NCBI GenBank assembly: GCA_963809485.1
Contig: CAWEJX010000009.1
Location: 1-64,000, forward strand
Length of the DNA: 64,000 bases
DNA from: an uncultured Acidobacteriota bacterium
GTDB lineage: Bacteria > Acidobacteriota > UBA6911
Direction of reading: 5' to 3'
This document shows, piece after piece, positions 19,904 through 30,008 of the stretch (the stretch's first letter is position 1; each line of letters starts with the position of its first letter). The notes beneath the pieces were generated by a model. It saw only the letters and a list, made by a program, of their open reading frames with translations, ran no database searches and was not told where the DNA came from. The position numbers and the translations under genes were made by a program.

Positions 19904-20984
19904 GTGCATAAAATTGCGGTTATGCCAGGCGACGGGACTGGACCAGAGGTTACAGCCGAGGCTGTAAAAGTTCTAAAGGTTGCAGCAGGCAAGTTCGGTT
20001 TCAAGGTGGATCTGACCGAATTCGATTTCGGCGGCGAGCGATACAAAAGAACGGGAGAAACGCTGCCGGACAGCGCCATCGACGAACTGCGCAAATTCGA
20101 CGCGATCCTGCTGGGAGCCATCGGGCACCCCGATGTCGCTCCGGGCATCCTGGAAAAAGGGATCCTGCTCAAGGCTCGCTTCGCGCTCGATCAGTACATC
20201 AATCTCCGGCCGGTCAAGCTGTTTCCGGGCGTGGAAACACCGCTGAAAGACAAAGGGCCGGAGGACATCGATTTTGTCGTCGTACGCGAAAATTCAGGGG
20301 ATCTGTACACCGGCACGGGCGGTTTCACGATGAAGGGAACGCCGCAGAAGTGGCCGTACAGTCGGCCGTTTACAGCCGATTCCAGGTCGACCGCTGCCTG
20401 CGATACGCCTTTAATTATACCCGCAAGTACGGGAGAAAGGCGCGCGGCAAGGGAAAGAAGAACACTCTTGGCTTTGGTCGGCAAAACCAACGTGTTGACC
20501 TATGTGTACGATCTCTGGGAACGGGCATTTCACGAGATGGGTCAGAAGGAATTTCCGGATATCGAACGCGAATACTACCATGTCGACGCGACCTGCATGT
20601 GGTTCGTCAAGAATCCTGAATGGTTCGACGTGATCGTGACCGGCAACATGTTCGGCGACATCATCACCGATCTGGGCGCCATGATCCAGGGCGGCATGGG
20701 CATCGCTGCCGGCGGCAATCTGAATCCCGAAGGCGTGAGCATGTTCGAGCCTATCGGCGGAAGCGCTCCGAAATACACCGGCCAGGGAGTCATTAATCCT
20801 CTGGCCGCGATTTGCTCCATGCAGATGATGCTGGAAACGCTGGGCGAGCAGAAGGCTGCCGATGCCATCGAACAAGCCGTCGATGTATGTGACGAGCAAG
20901 AAGCTTAAATCGCTCGCGGCCGGACGTATGGGCTACTCCACGTCGCAGGTCGGCGACCTGGTAGCCGAGCAGGTCGTGAAATAG
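19904..20984 (+). CDS. leuB: 3-isopropylmalate dehydrogenase (three apparent indels near 20345, 20465, 20880)
   Basis: [59 protein letters not shown] and GTG start. Corrected frame ends [20 protein letters not shown]. Confidence 0.88.
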
Positions 20985-21008
20985 CAAAAGCAAGTTTCGG
21001 CGCAAACC

Positions 21009-21075
21009 AACGCCACGGATGACACGGATTTTATAGCGATATATAATCTGTGTACTCTGTGGCGTTTTTATTTTT
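21009..21075 (+). terminator. Hairpin plus U-tract after leuB (related to the repeat at ~50213-50268)
   Basis: AACGCCACGGA...TCTGTGGCGTT followed by TTTATTTTT. Confidence 0.55.
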
Positions 21076-21206
21076 GCTGAAGGAACTCCATGAATAATGG
21101 TTCCGAATCAGCCGTGCTCCTCAATGCAGCAAGCTTAGCCGATGTCAGGCGCGTGCAGACCTTGAATTGGCAAGAACAAAACGTATACGCTTGGGAGGCG
21201 GATGTT

Positions 21207-23123
21207 TTGGTTGATCGACGATTCCAAAGACTCCTCCTCAGCATCCTTGCCGGCGCGTTTCTGATCCTTTGGCTCTGCCCGCAATGCCCGGCTCAGATTC
21301 CGCTCCCGACACCGCAGAGTCATCATGAAAGCTATCGAGGTCTCTCGGGTCCGCCGCTATTTACCGCCATTTTAAATGAACTGAACCCGTCCGCCAGGCA
21401 GCTCTTCATGAAGCTCGCCGCGTCGACGGGGCTCGTAAAGATTCCATCGATCGTTGATGCCAATTCCGCCGTTCCAAAACCTGCTTTGGATCAAACAGCC
21501 GCAGGCGGTTTATCCCGGACCGCCCCGCTCTCAAAACAGCAGGCGATGGATCTCATCAGAAGCACGGAGTGGGCTCCGGTGCGCCGCCAGCTTCTGGAAC
21601 TCATTGTTCACCAATCCCAGGTATTGGACATGATCCCGCCGGAGTGGGGGTCCATCTGGTATCCGATTGTGCACGACGCGTTGCTCTTTTTTCTGGACCA
21701 TCTCCCGGAAGACCGTCTTCAGGAAAAGCTGATCGAGCTCGCTTCCCTCCCTCCGGAAAGCCCGCGGGGCGAATACCTCTCGGCTTTCGTTTCCAGGATT
21801 CCCAGCCTCCAAAAGGTCGGTCAGGTGCTTGCCAGGAATCAGGCTCTGGCTCCGGATTATCGCTTGGCTTTGCAGCGCCTCGAAAACAGTATCCGCACTT
21901 CATCACGGGAGGAGTTGGTCGAATTCATAACCAAAGACGTCGGCGAGGCGGCGATAGAGAAATATCAGATTGAGTTTGCCGACTCAATCCTGGCCGAGGC
22001 CAGCGTGGGAGCCGTCATTCGAGCTACCATTGTCCCGCCGGGCGGCTCCCGGCAGGAAGCTGTCTGCAAGGCTATCAAACCTTACGTTCTGACCGCCCTC
22101 CCGCAGGACCTTTCCATTCTTGATGGTTTGGCCGCATTCTTCGCTCAGGAACACGATTTTTATCAGCTTGGTACCGTGCCCCTGGTGGAAATGTTCCAGG
22201 ACATCAAGAAGTCTCTGACTGATGAGATCAACGTTGTAGACGAGCAGCAGAACCTGATTCGGGCCAGAGAGTATTACCGCGATAACAAAAAAATCCGCGT
22301 GCCGGAACTGTTCCCCATTTCCACCAAGCAGGTGACCATCATGGAATTTGTCCATGGTGAAAAAATTTCCGACGCATTCCCTGGAAATCCCGGCGAGCGA
22401 GCCCTAATGGCACGGCGGCTCAGCGACGCATTGACTTTCGACGTGCTTTTTGCGCCTAATACGGAGGCTCTCTTTCATGGAGATCCCCATGCCGGCAACG
22501 TCTTTCATGTTTCGAACAATCCCCAGGATCCCTACCAGATCGCCCTGCTGGATTGGGGATTGTGCGGCGCGTTCCAAAGGCCGGAACGCCTCGCGCTGGT
22601 GCAGCTGATTCTCGGGGTGAGGCTGCGGGATGCCAAACGGCTGCGGAATAATGTCGGCGCCTTGCTGGAGGGAGGATTGCCGGATTCCACTGAAAAGCTG
22701 GAGCGTATCGACGCCCTGATTGCGGAGGTCTTAAAGCCCAAGGCGCGGAGAAGCAGTTTTGACGCTATTGAAGACCTGCTTTTGGCCCTCATTCAGGAGG
22801 GGTACGCAACCCGATTCAACCTGAATCTGTTTGTCAAATCACAGGTCACAATCTCCGGCATTCTCGCCGAACTTGACCCATCCTTCAAACAGGACGATTA
22901 TGTCGAAAAAAGGATCTCGGGGCTCGTTTGGAGGGAATTTCCCAAACGCCTTCTTTACACTATCTGGTTCCCCGCCTGGAGTTCCCGTAGCTATCGGAGC
23001 CTGGTCTCCAACGAGGACATTAAGGATTATATTTTTGGCAAGCCGAAAGGCAAAAAAACAGGATCTGAAAATAGGGGCGTCGAATCATCCTCGCTAGAGC
23101 TGCAGTTTTCCACAAACAAATAG
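21207..23123 (+). CDS. ABC1/AarF/UbiB atypical kinase family protein with N-terminal signal-like segment
   Basis: QKVGQVLA, LAEASVGAV, KAIKP, IMEFVHG, FHGDPHAGNV, LLDWG. TTG 21207 follows GGAGG; the ORF is open from 21090. Confidence 0.85.
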   Translation: MVDRRFQRLLLSILAGAFLILWLCPQCPAQIPLPTPQSHHESYRGLSGPPLFTAILNELNPSARQLFMKLAASTGLVKIPSIVDANSAVPKPALDQTAAGGLSRTAPLSKQQAMDLIRSTEWAPVRRQLLELIVHQSQVLDMIPPEWGSIWYPIVHDALLFFLDHLPEDRLQEKLIELASLPPESPRGEYLSAFVSRIPSLQKVGQVLARNQALAPDYRLALQRLENSIRTSSREELVEFITKDVGEAAIEKYQIEFADSILAEASVGAVIRATIVPPGGSRQEAVCKAIKPYVLTALPQDLSILDGLAAFFAQEHDFYQLGTVPLVEMFQDIKKSLTDEINVVDEQQNLIRAREYYRDNKKIRVPELFPISTKQVTIMEFVHGEKISDAFPGNPGERALMARRLSDALTFDVLFAPNTEALFHGDPHAGNVFHVSNNPQDPYQIALLDWGLCGAFQRPERLALVQLILGVRLRDAKRLRNNVGALLEGGLPDSTEKLERIDALIAEVLKPKARRSSFDAIEDLLLALIQEGYATRFNLNLFVKSQVTISGILAELDPSFKQDDYVEKRISGLVWREFPKRLLYTIWFPAWSSRSYRSLVSNEDIKDYIFGKPKGKKTGSENRGVESSSLELQFSTNK

Positions 23124-23136
23124 GAGGATTGTCCCG

Positions 23137-23937
23137 CTAGCGCGGCCGCCGGGCTACGTAGCTTCCGATATATGCCCCAAAGACGCCTCCCACCAGGATG
23201 TCCGAGAGAAAGTGTTTGTGCGCGGTGTAGCGCGAAATACTGATACCCGTTGCCATGGCATAAGAGGTGATCGCAAGCCACTTCGGGCATCTAGGAGTGC
23301 GCGCAACCGCAAACGCTACCGCCCAGCTGTTCATCGAGTGGCCGGAAGGAAAGCTTTGCCCGCCTGCCCAGAAACGACCCTTTCCATCGCCTTCATTGGG
23401 CCGCTCCCTCTGGGTGATTGCTTTGAGCGCATAGTTCGTCAGCACGGCATTGACCAGCGCTTCCGCAGAATTGCGCCCGATATGAGAATAATGGGGTTTC
23501 CCGGCAACCTTGCCGCCTATCAGCATCCCTCCCGTTATGAATCCCAGAGTGTAGACTCCTCCGAAATTGGAGAATCTTTGAGACCATTTGACCTGGTCGG
23601 GAGTATTGGGAAGCCAGGTAGCCGTTCTTGAATCCGTGGCAATAAGCCCGGCCGTAGCAGCTGCCAGCGGCAACGCAATGGTGAAATAGTCGCGGCGGCT
23701 CATCCGGACGGGGGTTGTCCAGATTGCTTTCTGATCGGTCCAGATATCGCGGAAGAACTGGCCGGCGGCAGAGGGCTTTTGCCCTCCTGGAACAGGGGTC
23801 TGGGGAAAAGCATGAAATTTCTCAGCATCCGGAGCCGCGGCTACGGCTTCGTCCTGGCTGAAGACCGGCTGCCCTGCCAGAACGAGTTGTACCAGGAGAA
23901 ATCCGGCCAGAAATCGCGAGATTATGATATGTCGCAT
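23137..23937 (-). CDS. PAP2 family phosphatase (membrane/exported)
   Basis: K..TQRERP, SFPSGHS, SRYTAHKHFLSDI motifs. The true start is MRHIII; the ORF track extends it artefactually into element copy C. Confidence 0.88.
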   Translation of the reverse strand: MRHIIISRFLAGFLLVQLVLAGQPVFSQDEAVAAAPDAEKFHAFPQTPVPGGQKPSAAGQFFRDIWTDQKAIWTTPVRMSRRDYFTIALPLAAATAGLIATDSRTATWLPNTPDQVKWSQRFSNFGGVYTLGFITGGMLIGGKVAGKPHYSHIGRNSAEALVNAVLTNYALKAITQRERPNEGDGKGRFWAGGQSFPSGHSMNSWAVAFAVARTPRCPKWLAITSYAMATGISISRYTAHKHFLSDILVGGVFGAYIGSYVARRPR

Positions 23938-24064
23938 TCGGGTTCCCTTTCGATGCCCAAAGCCTGATTGGTCCTTCAGCCCGTGACGCCCGAAGACCCT
24001 ATTGAAGATAAATTCCACTGCAAACGAGCGCGTATTAGGAACGATCTTTTGCCTCTGCCCCGCA

Positions 24065-24461
24065 GTCAGGCACCTCCGGCAAAGCCGGAGGCTTGAAAGA
24101 TTGGAACCGCTCAAAGCGGTTGGCGGAGTTACGCTGGTCTTGAACGCTGACTTACGCGGGCAAAAGCCGATGAGGCGCTTCCGATCCCCGCAGGGACCAG
24201 CGCTCCGCGATGGACAGTTTTCTGCGGCGGCGCTGTGGCAAACGCCCTGTTTCTCATAACCTCCATCTCCTTGCCGCACGGCGCTTGCCACAGTGCCGCC
24301 GCAGAAAACTCCATCGGAAGCGCCTCATCGGCTTTTGCTCGCCGACCCTCGCCGAACAAATCGGCGTTTGTCAGCGCTTTTGTCAGCGTATCTCAGCGTT
24401 TCAAAACACGGAGCTGTCAAACTCCATGCGTCCCCCGGCAGAGCCGGGGTTTACCGATAGA
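24065..24461 (-). mobile_element. IS200/IS605-type non-autonomous element, copy C, 397 bp
   Basis: Same ends and cruciform as copy A. Preceded on its strand by TATAAT. Confidence 0.8.
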
Positions 24462-24615
24462 ATTATATATTCATAAGAGAAAAACCGTGCTTTCCGGCCT
24501 GAATCCTCCACGCATCACTTTTCCTGGGCTGGAGGCGAAAAGCTCCACCTTTTGTAACCGCCATGAATCCCATGCAAACACAGGCATTTTATTGAGGCAA
24601 AGCAATGGCAACCGG

Positions 24616-25263
24616 CTAATCGGAGCGCGTCCGTGATGGGAAGAAAACCTGGGCGATTTCTTCCGGCAGCATCACCACCGTATCAAACCTGATGGAAACG
24701 GTTTTTGCAACCTTAAGTGCTCCAAAGAAAAGGCTCGGCGGTTTCACGTTATAGTCGAGCATGTTGATTTCTACTGTCCCCACAACTCGCGCACCCAATT
24801 CAGGGTAGTGAACAAGTTTTGCTCCAATGCCAACCGGCTTCGTCACTCCGGCAATGGTGAGATCGCCCGATGTCTGTATCGCTTGTCCGTCGTCCACCAC
24901 AGCATATTTGTTCGCCCTATAGATGATCGCGGGGAATTCTTTCATCTTAAGAGCTTTCCGGAGATGTTTGTTCATCGACGAATCCCCGCATTCTATGTCC
25001 GGCACGGCAGCTGTGACTTCAACCATTTGGATGTCGTCGACAGATTTTGGCACCGGACTGCCGGGATCGATATTCACAACAGCATTCCCCCCACAAGTCC
25101 AGCTCCCAATTAGGGTTGCGGTTCCGTCGATCCTGATTGGATAATCCTTATCGGCGATTTTGGGCGCCGATGATGGGGGTTGCGACAATCCCATATTGGG
25201 CAGGAGCACAAGTATTGCGGTTGCTTTTAGCCATATGCTGGTTCCGGACCGTCTGAAGTTCAT
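24616..25263 (-). CDS. YceI-like exported lipid/polyisoprenoid-binding protein
   Basis: Signal peptide, MNKHLRKALKMKEFPAI, GDLTIAGVTKPV, INMLDYNVKPP. Confidence 0.8.
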   Translation of the reverse strand: MNFRRSGTSIWLKATAILVLLPNMGLSQPPSSAPKIADKDYPIRIDGTATLIGSWTCGGNAVVNIDPGSPVPKSVDDIQMVEVTAAVPDIECGDSSMNKHLRKALKMKEFPAIIYRANKYAVVDDGQAIQTSGDLTIAGVTKPVGIGAKLVHYPELGARVVGTVEINMLDYNVKPPSLFFGALKVAKTVSIRFDTVVMLPEEIAQVFFPSRTRSD

Positions 25264-25562
25264 GATTCGCGGCAGCATCCAATCCTGAGTTCAGCTCTAA
25301 GTGATAACAGCTTTCAGAAGTTTTATAAGATACTGCAGAGATTAATTCAAGAGATCTAAGCGAAAATAGCGATAAAACCGTCGGGCTGTTTGGACGCCGT
25401 CTCATCCGAAATCGAGGCTCGCTTGCCCTCAGTGCCCAAAATGTACCCTGGCCAGGGCAGAGCCGGAGGGCTGCCAGTTCATCGATGCGAGCCTTTTTCT
25501 GATTCTAACGTGTGGGCCGAGGTGTCCACCCCGACCCACACTTCAAGGCTCCAGGGATTCTC

Positions 25563-25790
25563 TTACTCGTTGGAACGCTGCTTCCAGCCGCTGTCGCTTC
25601 TGTACTTATTGATCACTCCGATGGCCATGATGTCCCGTATTTTCCCGCTCTTTATTTTAAACAGCTCGGAGATAGGCATGCTGTTCGGCTGGCCGGCGAA
25701 ATATGCAGCCGGCTTGATGCTACCATCCGGCATTTTGACTTCCTTCACGCCCTGATGATTGAAAACGTAGACGCCCCAAACCCTGCGCAC
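25563..25790 (-). pseudogene. C-terminal fragment of a conserved hypothetical protein
   Basis: Protein-like ELFKIKSGKIRDIMAIG...SGW terminus with no convincing start or N-terminal part. Confidence 0.4.
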
Positions 25791-26155
25791 GGTGGAAAAC
25801 CAACGGGAGGAAGAATATCAACAGATCGGCGGGAAAGAAATGGAATTCAACCGGGAAATGCAGGGGTGGTTTCCACTGCCATTTCCCTCTAGGATGAGGG
25901 CCGTAATGGAACACCGGGGCTCCGAACTCGCAGGCCACGAGATCCCGAGCGCTGCCCGGGCAAGAAGTGCAGACGTTATCAGCAACAGGGCAAATACACT
26001 ACATCCCTTCCTTGTCAGGCTCCTCTTCAAGCCCCGGAATATGCACATGGAGCGGTCGATAGGGGAGCTTATCACCGCCGTGCCGGCCCGGACGTAAAAT
26101 CCCGCCACCTATGCGGGCTTCTGCCGATTGGGGCGGATCCGTTTTGAAGTGCTCA

Positions 26156-26183
26156 TTGACAAAGCATTATCCGGCATTACGAT
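26156..26183 (+). promoter_or_regulatory. Putative sigma70 promoter for ppx
   Basis: TTGACA-N16-TACGAT. Confidence 0.5.
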
Positions 26184-26308
26184 TCAGGTGTAAAATGCCG
26201 GGTTGTTTGGCATATGGGCCAATGCTGAAAGATTCTATCTTGGCGGGCGAGTGTGAGCTGAAACAGTTCTTGGCGCACTTTTTATAAATCCAATTTCTAC
26301 AACTCGAT

Positions 26309-27202
26309 ATGAAATTTGCCGCGATCGATATAGGCTCCAATGCCGTCAGGCTTTTGTTCATGCAGGCTTTCGAATTCCAACATGAGGCAGTGTTTAAAAG
26401 AGACGCTTTGTTCCGGGTGCCCATGCGTCTGGGTGAAGATGTATTCGTAACGGGCAGGATATCTCCGGAAAAAGCTGAAAGCCTTCTGCAAACGATGCTG
26501 GCTTTTCATCATCTGATCAAGGCCTATCGCCCATCTGACTCTATGGCCTGTGCCACTTCAGCGATGCGCGAGGCAAAGAATGGGAAGGAGATTGTCCGGC
26601 GCATCAACAGGCAAACAGTATTCAAGATTGAAGTCATCGATGGGCAACGGGAAGCGGCTATCCTTTATTCGAGTCATTTTGCGGATACTCTCAATCCGGC
26701 AAAAGCCTACTTATATATCGATGTCGGCGGAGGGAGCACGGAAATTGCATTTATTCGTGGCGGCAAAATCCTGGACGCGCAATCCTTCAATATCGGAACA
26801 GTTCGCATGATCAAGAACCTGGTGCCCGAAAAAGCCTGGAGAGAAATGAAGCGCTGGCTGAAACGGAACACCTCGGCGCTTGCTTCCTTCGAAGGCATCG
26901 GCTCAGGCGGCAACATCAACACAATATTCGCGTTATCCCGCAAAAAGCGGGGAACGCCAATCTCCTGCAGCAGCCTCATGAAGCTTTACAAATACCTTTG
27001 CAGCATGTCCTACGATGAAAGAATACGGAATCTGGGATTAAAGCCGGATCGCGCGGATGTGATAATTCCGGCGGCGCGGATCTATACTTGCATAATGAAG
27101 TGGACCGGGATGGAGAAGCTGCATGTCCCCCAGATCGGCCTGGTCGATGGAATTATCCATCTGTTGTACGAAAGACACAGGCGTGAGACGCTAAATTTCT
27201 AA
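26309..27202 (+). CDS. ppx: Ppx/GppA exopolyphosphatase (short form)
   Basis: AAIDIGSNAVRL, ATSAMREAKNG, DVGGGSTE, GSGGN, RADVI. Confidence 0.92.
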   Translation: MKFAAIDIGSNAVRLLFMQAFEFQHEAVFKRDALFRVPMRLGEDVFVTGRISPEKAESLLQTMLAFHHLIKAYRPSDSMACATSAMREAKNGKEIVRRINRQTVFKIEVIDGQREAAILYSSHFADTLNPAKAYLYIDVGGGSTEIAFIRGGKILDAQSFNIGTVRMIKNLVPEKAWREMKRWLKRNTSALASFEGIGSGGNINTIFALSRKKRGTPISCSSLMKLYKYLCSMSYDERIRNLGLKPDRADVIIPAARIYTCIMKWTGMEKLHVPQIGLVDGIIHLLYERHRRETLNF

Positions 27203-27249
27203 ATCGAGCAAAAAAACGGAATGGTTTCACTGGAAGGAAAACAGATCCT

Positions 27250-27705
27250 ATGATAGGGAAAAATGGCGCGGGTCTTCTATTACTATTGCTGCTTTTGATA
27301 GTGAGTGCGGCAGAAGCATATCCCGAAAAATCCGCCTCTTACGTCGGTTGGAATAAATGTTCCGCCTGTCATTCCGCCGTTGCAAATACATGGCAGAGCA
27401 CCCGCCATGCCAAAGCCATTGAGAGTCTCAAAAAAACGGGGCAGGAAACGCTGCCGGCATGCGTGAAGTGTCATGTGACCGGATACGAGCAGGACGGAGG
27501 TTTCATTGACTACGAATTAACTCCGGAAATGGCCGGCGTACAATGCGAAGTATGCCACGGTCCCGGGGGGGAGCATGTGACAAATCCGGCGGGGAAGGAT
27601 ATGATTAAGGCATCGGGGGCGGCTCTGTGCCGCCAGTGCCACACAGAAGGCCAGGACCCCGGATTCAATTATGAGGTTAAAGTAAAGGATGTGCATGGCA
27701 AGTAA
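27250..27705 (+). CDS. Exported tetraheme cytochrome c (c554/c3-like)
   Basis: Signal peptide and four CxxCH motifs (CSACH, CVKCH, CEVCH, CRQCH); also YVG..KC and VQCEVCHGPG. Confidence 0.9.
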   Translation: MIGKNGAGLLLLLLLLIVSAAEAYPEKSASYVGWNKCSACHSAVANTWQSTRHAKAIESLKKTGQETLPACVKCHVTGYEQDGGFIDYELTPEMAGVQCEVCHGPGGEHVTNPAGKDMIKASGAALCRQCHTEGQDPGFNYEVKVKDVHGK

Positions 27706-27755
27706 ACTGTTACAGGCAGCACTCCGGTAATATCCAACGGAAAGGGAAGCGTTTT

Positions 27756-28499
27756 ATGAAAAGCGGAAAAGCCACAGTGGCGGCGAGCAGTCTCCTTGGG
27801 GTAGTCGTGCTCCTCATCGGGCTGTTCCTTGCTTACGGCAGTGAGTCAGGAGAATTGCTCAAAGCCACGCCTGATCGATTCGATGCAGGGACTGTTGCAG
27901 AAGGGAAAACGGTTGAAGTGACAACCAGCGTTCAAAATGTCGGGAGTGTGTCTGTAGAAATCACCAACGTGAGGACCAGTTGAGCATGCACCGAAGCTAT
28001 GCTTGGTAAGCATACATTGAGTCCGAATGAAAAGACCGATCTCAAAGTCGTTTATGCAACGGCCGGACGTCCGGGTCCTTTTGAAAAAGAAGTCACTCTC
28101 CTAACGAATATTCCAGGGCACGAGAAGATCCAGATTTTTATGATGAAGGGGGAAGTGCAGGAGGCGCCCGGGGCGAAAATCGCGGTTGCGCCGCGAAGGA
28201 TTGTGCTTGCAGGAGCTGAACGCAGCAGCGGGAAAAAACAGTCCTTTTCGCTTGCCAACGAGGGAACCCTGCCGTTGGTGATCACCGGGATCCGGTCCAA
28301 AGACGGTTCGACGGTTTACTATGATGGTTCCAAAGAAGGAAACATCACGGTCGAGCCCGCTCAGAAGAAAACCATCGAGCTTCAGTTGCCCGGCAAAAGC
28401 GGGGAGAAAGACGAGAGGGAACTTATACTCATCCTCTCCAACGCCAAAAACGCAGGTGAGTCGGGCCTGTTCATCATGGTCCAGTATGGAGCGCCGTAG
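27756..28499 (+). CDS. DUF1573 (Ig-like) domain selenoprotein; Sec at TGA 27981-27983 (S-U-A-C-T)
   Basis: The ORFs 27756-27983 and 27999-28499 are in the same frame. FDAGTV...NVG...ITNVRTS-TGA-ACT matches the DUF1573 sCGCt motif. SECIS-like hairpin follows. Confidence 0.82.
27998..28014 (+). promoter_or_regulatory. Putative SECIS hairpin
   Basis: Perfect stem TATGCTT/AAGCATA with a GGT loop 21 nt after the TGA. Confidence 0.7.
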
Positions 28500-28616
28500 A
28501 TCCGGCGCTCCATGCTTGCGTTCTCCAAATCCGCAGAAGCCGGCCTGAAGCCTTGAATCCGGTCAGGGAAGGAGTTCGGGCTGGAGCCATCTCGGGCTCA
28601 AATCGAAATATTGTCT

Positions 28617-28985
28617 CTATTCAAGAACGATCGCCTGGGTCTTTCCCTTGAATTGAATTTCCTTCAGCACCCGGTTTCCGTTTCCGTCATCCTGAGTGAT
28701 GATAAGGGTATCTTTGGCTTTAGCGTCTCTCTCAACTGCTTTGCCGCGGGCTTCGGCAACCACCTTGCGTCCCTTCAAAAGCGTCATCACTCCATCGGGA
28801 CTGTTCGATACCCACCGGATCTGGTAATTCCCTGCATTGACGTGGCTCCCGTTGATGACAATGGGGCCCAACAGACTTACGTCAACTGCATCGTTGGTCA
28901 GAGCTGCCACAGACTGAATCAGCAGCAGGCCCAGCATCAGAATAACCGGCAACGTTTTTCTCAAAATCGATTGGTTTCTCATCAT
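28617..28985 (-). CDS. Small exported beta-rich hypothetical protein
   Basis: GAGGAG RBS, signal peptide, VINGSHVNAGNYQIRW...LKEIQFKG. Confidence 0.75.
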   Translation of the reverse strand: MMRNQSILRKTLPVILMLGLLLIQSVAALTNDAVDVSLLGPIVINGSHVNAGNYQIRWVSNSPDGVMTLLKGRKVVAEARGKAVERDAKAKDTLIITQDDGNGNRVLKEIQFKGKTQAIVLE

Positions 28986-29258
28986 TTTTGATACTCCTCA
29001 TCCTTTATTGGTATCCTTTATTGGTTGATCAAAAATTCTGCGATCTTTCCGACGGCGGCAGATGTTTCGCTTGTCTGGGAGTTTCCAGTTTCGGCTTGAA
29101 GTGGGGCGAGCCGGGCTCTAAGATGGTTTGGGGTTAAACAAAGCCGGGCACTGGAAACAGTTCCGTAATCCGGGGACCTCCGCTGCCGGGGCCGCCAAAA
29201 CCGTGGCAGCGGGAGTCGTTTAGCCCCACTTCCCTTCTGAACCCATTCCGGTTAATTA

Positions 29259-29556
29259 GTTTCTGTCGCGAAACTGGTTTGTGCCGCGTAGCGGCACTAT
29301 GATTTTAGCCCGGCCTTTCAAGGCCGGGAACCATGGTACAGCGAGCAGCGCGTCGCGTAGCGACGCCTGAGATTCAGCCGTCGCTACGCGACGGAAAACT
29401 TAACTCCTTTCGATCCAGGCCTTAAAAGGCCTGGCTAAATTCAGCTGGCCGCTACGCGGCCTGACTCCAATTATCGGCTTCTATGTAATATCAAATATCC
29501 TATTGACGGTTGAAAAATTTGGCTTTTTCACAAAACCCGAGTTTCGCGACAGAAAC
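29259..29556. mobile_element. MITE with 17-bp terminal inverted repeats enclosing a nested REP-like palindrome
   Basis: GTTTCTGTCGCGAAACT (29259-29275) and its reverse complement (29540-29556), flanked on both sides by TAATTA. Internal hairpins CCCGGCCTTTCAAGGCCGGG and CGTCGCGTAGCGACG recur in inverted copies. Confidence 0.7.
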
Positions 29557-30008
29557 TAATTAGATGTTACTTGCCCATTTTAAGCCGACCGCACTTCACA
29601 TCGAATTTTGCCTCCCGACTTTCCGTCTGCAAGGTCATCGATTCTTCATACGAAATACCCATCAAAAAAGTTCCGGGAGGATACCAGACCGGGCACCCAA
29701 CAGGTATCAGTGAAAGAGCTTCTTCAGCGTCTGTCCGCGTTCTATGATCCCGGGACTGCCGAACTCTGGCAATCTCCCGGCGGAGTTGGGCGATTACGGA
29801 CAAATCCAGCTTTCCCCATTCGAGGGCTTAACGAAAAAGGCCCAAAGTGAACCCAAAGCCCGTACCTCTTGCATTCCCTACACGGCATGTTACCCTTCAA
29901 TCAGTTGCCGGGGATATTCACCGGTGCCCCCGGCAAACGGAACCAATTCTTTGCTCCCCTTGATTTACGGGGACACTGGTGGCTGTCCCCATCAAAAAAG
30001 GAAGTTCG

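Noticed and set aside
19904-20984. leuB as a pseudogene or a variant with a novel internal segment
   Set aside because: Compensating indels near 20345 and 20465, plus one near 20880, restore a normal LeuB when corrected.
25818-26108. 96-aa ORF with a hydrophobic stretch
   Set aside because: No family motif or clear RBS; cannot be supported as a gene from sequence alone.
28540-28590. SRP (4.5S) RNA suggested by GGTCAGGGAAGGAG
   Set aside because: It lacks the full conserved SRP domain IV motif. More likely a hairpin between convergent genes.
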